Assembly (NCBI GenBank): GCA_038087875.1
Contig: JAXLNO010001977.1
Span: forward strand, 1-64,000
DNA: 64,000 bases
Origin: Malacoraja senta
Lineage: Eukaryota
Reading direction: 5' to 3'
Positions 61,111 to 64,000 of the stretch are shown here, one piece after another (within the stretch, counting starts at the first letter, position 1; each line of letters opens with the position of its first letter). The notes beneath the pieces are model-generated. The model made no database searches. It worked only from the letters and a program-made list of their open reading frames with translations, and was not told the origin of the DNA. The translations under genes and the position numbers were made by a program.

Positions 61111-62376
61111 CTGTTGGAACAAAGAAATAAAAGTCAGTTTCACTGTTTTTCACTTGCAGTTGAACAAAGGAGTATGGTTTTCCGATGTGAGTAGTTGATA
61201 GGCTTAAAAGACAGGATAATGTTTCTTCAGTGTGGGTTGAGTAAATGGGAGATGTTACGACAAGCAGGCGGGCTGGTAAAAACTCTGGCGCCAGGTGTAG
61301 ACGGCACAGTGGCGCAGCGGTAGACTTGCTGCCTTACAACGCCAGAGACCCGGGTTCGATCCTGAATACGGATGTACGGAATTTTTACCACCTCCCTGTG
61401 ACCGTGTGGGTGTTCTCCAAGTGCTCCTGTCCCCCTCCACCTCCCCCCTCCCCATCCCCCCTCCCCCCTCCCCCCCTGCATTACAAAGTCGTGCACGTTT
61501 GCCAGTTCATTGGCTTTGTAAATGGTCTCCATGGAACTAGTGTACTGGTGAATACTGGACGGTGTGCACCGAGTGGGTCGAAGAGCCTGTTTCCACGCTG
61601 TATCCATAAACTAATCTAAAGGGTGCAATTTCACTTGAGACTTGTGAGAAGTGTTGCTTGGGATGAAACATTGCAGTTATGGGGAGGGGTTGGATAGGGT
61701 TTTTTATAAAATTCCATGCAGGACAGGTGAGGAAGGGGAAACCAATTACAGGTGTGCAAAAGCTCTGAGCTGCATAGACAGTGGATTTTTGGGAAATGTT
61801 GCACGACAGATATGTGTAAATGTGGAGAACACATGGTTAAGTTAAGGAGCAGGATGTTTCAAGGGTATCAAGAAATATTTTTAAACCCAGAAGGTGGAGG
61901 TACCTGAATTGCTGCAATGGACGAGGTGCTGGTAAATGGGATACCGTCGTCAAGGATTTAACTGTGGCCACATTTACTGATAATGTCTGAACCCTTACCA
62001 TATCTGTGTATGGATCATGTGGTGGGAAAGTGAATGTGCTTGGACTGATGTCACTGCAAACCTAGTTTAAAGCTGTGTAAATGCAAGAGGGAACTCTATA
62101 CAGGATGCTAGCCTACACCAACACTAGGGATTCTATTTCTGGAACCCAACAACCAAGTACTGACAAATGAGCCATAATTCCATATATTAATCTTGATAAA
62201 TTAATTAAATAACGTGCAGGGATTTCAGGGTGACGGAGGTTATGAGGAGAAAGCAGGAGAATGGGGAAGATAGATCAGCCATGATTGAATGGTCTATTTC
62301 TGCTTCTATCACTTGTAATCTGATGAACCCCCCACCCGCACTTCCCCTTCTTCTCCTCATTCCCCCCACTACTTAC

Positions 62377-62697
62377 CAGTGCCGTTGATTTTCACTAGAA
62401 AACTGCAGGGCACGTCACTGCTGGAGATGGACACGTTGACCATTTCACTGGATTTTGTTCCATTATTATTGGAGGCTGTGCAATAATATTGATGGTGCTG
62501 GTGTTTGAATGATTGACAATGCAGATCCAGGGCATTTTGGTCTGAGATCTTTGAATCCACAGATGGGGTCTTTTCATACCAGCTGTAGCTAATGGGCGGT
62601 GATCCGCTGACCGACTCACATGACACTGTCACTGAGCCCCCGAGACAGGAGACATTGGCTGGTGACAGAAATCCAAGCACAGGAACAGACACGGGGT
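62377..62697 (-). CDS. Gene C FCRL-like C2 exon C2-2''
   Basis: 321 nt, intact AG/GT sites and frame; one change versus gene B (NGTKSS vs NGKKSS). Confidence 0.88.
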
Positions 62698-63886
62698 CTG
62701 TGGGAAAGGAGCAAACAGTCAGACAACTGAGTGAACATCTGAAAATCAAACACTCACCAATATCCACCATCTCTGTATCTTAGCCAGAGCCGCCATTTTG
62801 GAATCTGACCCATCCATCTACATAGAATCATAGAGTCATACAACATAGAAACAGGCTCTTCGGTCTAACTTGCCCGTGCTGACCAACACGCCCAATGTAC
62901 ACTAGTTCCACCTGCCCTTTCTTGGCCCTTAACCCACTAAACATATCATATTCATGTACATGTCCAATATTTTATTAAATGTTACGATAGTACCTGCCAT
63001 AACTACTTCTGTTGGCAGTTCGTTTCATGTGCCTACCAACCTTTGTGTAAAAACGTTACTCCCCAGGTTCCTGTTAAATCATTCCCCCCTCATATTAAAA
63101 CCATGTCCTCCGGTTCTCGATTTCCCTACTCTGAGCAAAAGGCTGTGTATTAACTCGATCTATTCCTCGCATGATTTTTTACCTGCCATAAGATCATCCC
63201 TCATCCTCCTGCGCTCCAAGAAATAAAGTCCTAATCTGCTCAATCCCTCCCTGAGTGTCAAGTCATCGCAACATCCTTGTAAGTCTTCCCTGTACCTTCT
63301 CCTCACAATTTAACAGATTTGAACATCTCTGTGTCTCTCCATCCACCCAGCTGGCAGAACTACCATGTCTGCCACTGCACCAACACACAGCAGCACCATC
63401 TGTCTTTGTTTTATATTTCCAGCATCTGCAGTTAATCTTCTTTTAATCTGAAACTCTGCCACAATTCTACAATACCAACATTCAAACACTTCATTAGTGC
63501 AACAGTATCATTATCAACAACTTTTAAATTTCCTTGTATACAATTGTTGATAGTGATAATGTTGCACTAATGAGGTGTGTGAATGGCGGTATTGTAGAAT
63601 TATGTGTAGGGAGCGAATGGGAAAGTGGAATAACATAGAACTAGTGTGACCGGTGATTGCTAGTCGGTGTGGACTCGGTGGGCCGAAGGATCCATTTCCA
63701 TGTTGCATTTGTAACCTACAACTAAATATCCCGGTGACATTTTTCTGTAACCTCTCCAAACCTTTCACATCTTTTGTTTTATAAAGCGGCGACCAGAACT
63801 GTGCACCAGGCTCCCATATGTGACCCAACAAATGTTTTATGCAGATGCCAAAGTCGAGACATGAAGTCACTCACTGAGAAACCTAC

Positions 63887-64000
63887 CTTCAGATACTTGG
63901 AGATGTACTTTAAATGTTGGTTCGCCAGGTGTAATAATTCCACATCTGTACCATCCTGTAACTCCAGAGTGAAGATCCTCCACAGTCACAGTAAATATTC
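63887..64000 (-). CDS. Gene C V exon Vd'' (3' part; cut by window edge)
   Basis: Matches gene B Vd' including the D>V change; donor GAAG|gtaggt. Confidence 0.8.

Overview
Vertebrate genomic DNA, most likely from a cartilaginous fish (skate/ray-type CR1, Penelope, V-SINE and L1/Tx1 repeats; taxon is an inference). It holds a tandem array of three paralogous minus-strand Ig-superfamily receptor genes. Gene A runs from its leader at 16.87 kb off the left edge; gene B runs from about 50.35 kb to about 22.4 kb; only the 3' half of gene C is in the window. Exons reconstructed from splice sites and phases give: leader - V - V - V - C2 - V - C2 - Cys/Ser/Thr stalk - TM with an arginine. The V domains are pIgR/CD300-type (extra C-C' disulfide) and the C2 domains look Fc-receptor-like. 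All Ig exons are phase 1-1 and every V exon carries the tail of the signal peptide. Genes A and B have lost different exons through frameshifts and splice-site mutations. 17961-30520 is repeated at about 99.9% identity 33,480 bp downstream, which is either a very recent tandem duplication or a false haplotype duplication; 1-17960 is an older paralog (about 3-5% divergent). Introns are full of retroelements, including a full-length L1 with two intact ORFs and a 12-bp TSD found only in gene B. All comparisons were made by eye; repeat boundaries are approximate unless a TSD is quoted.
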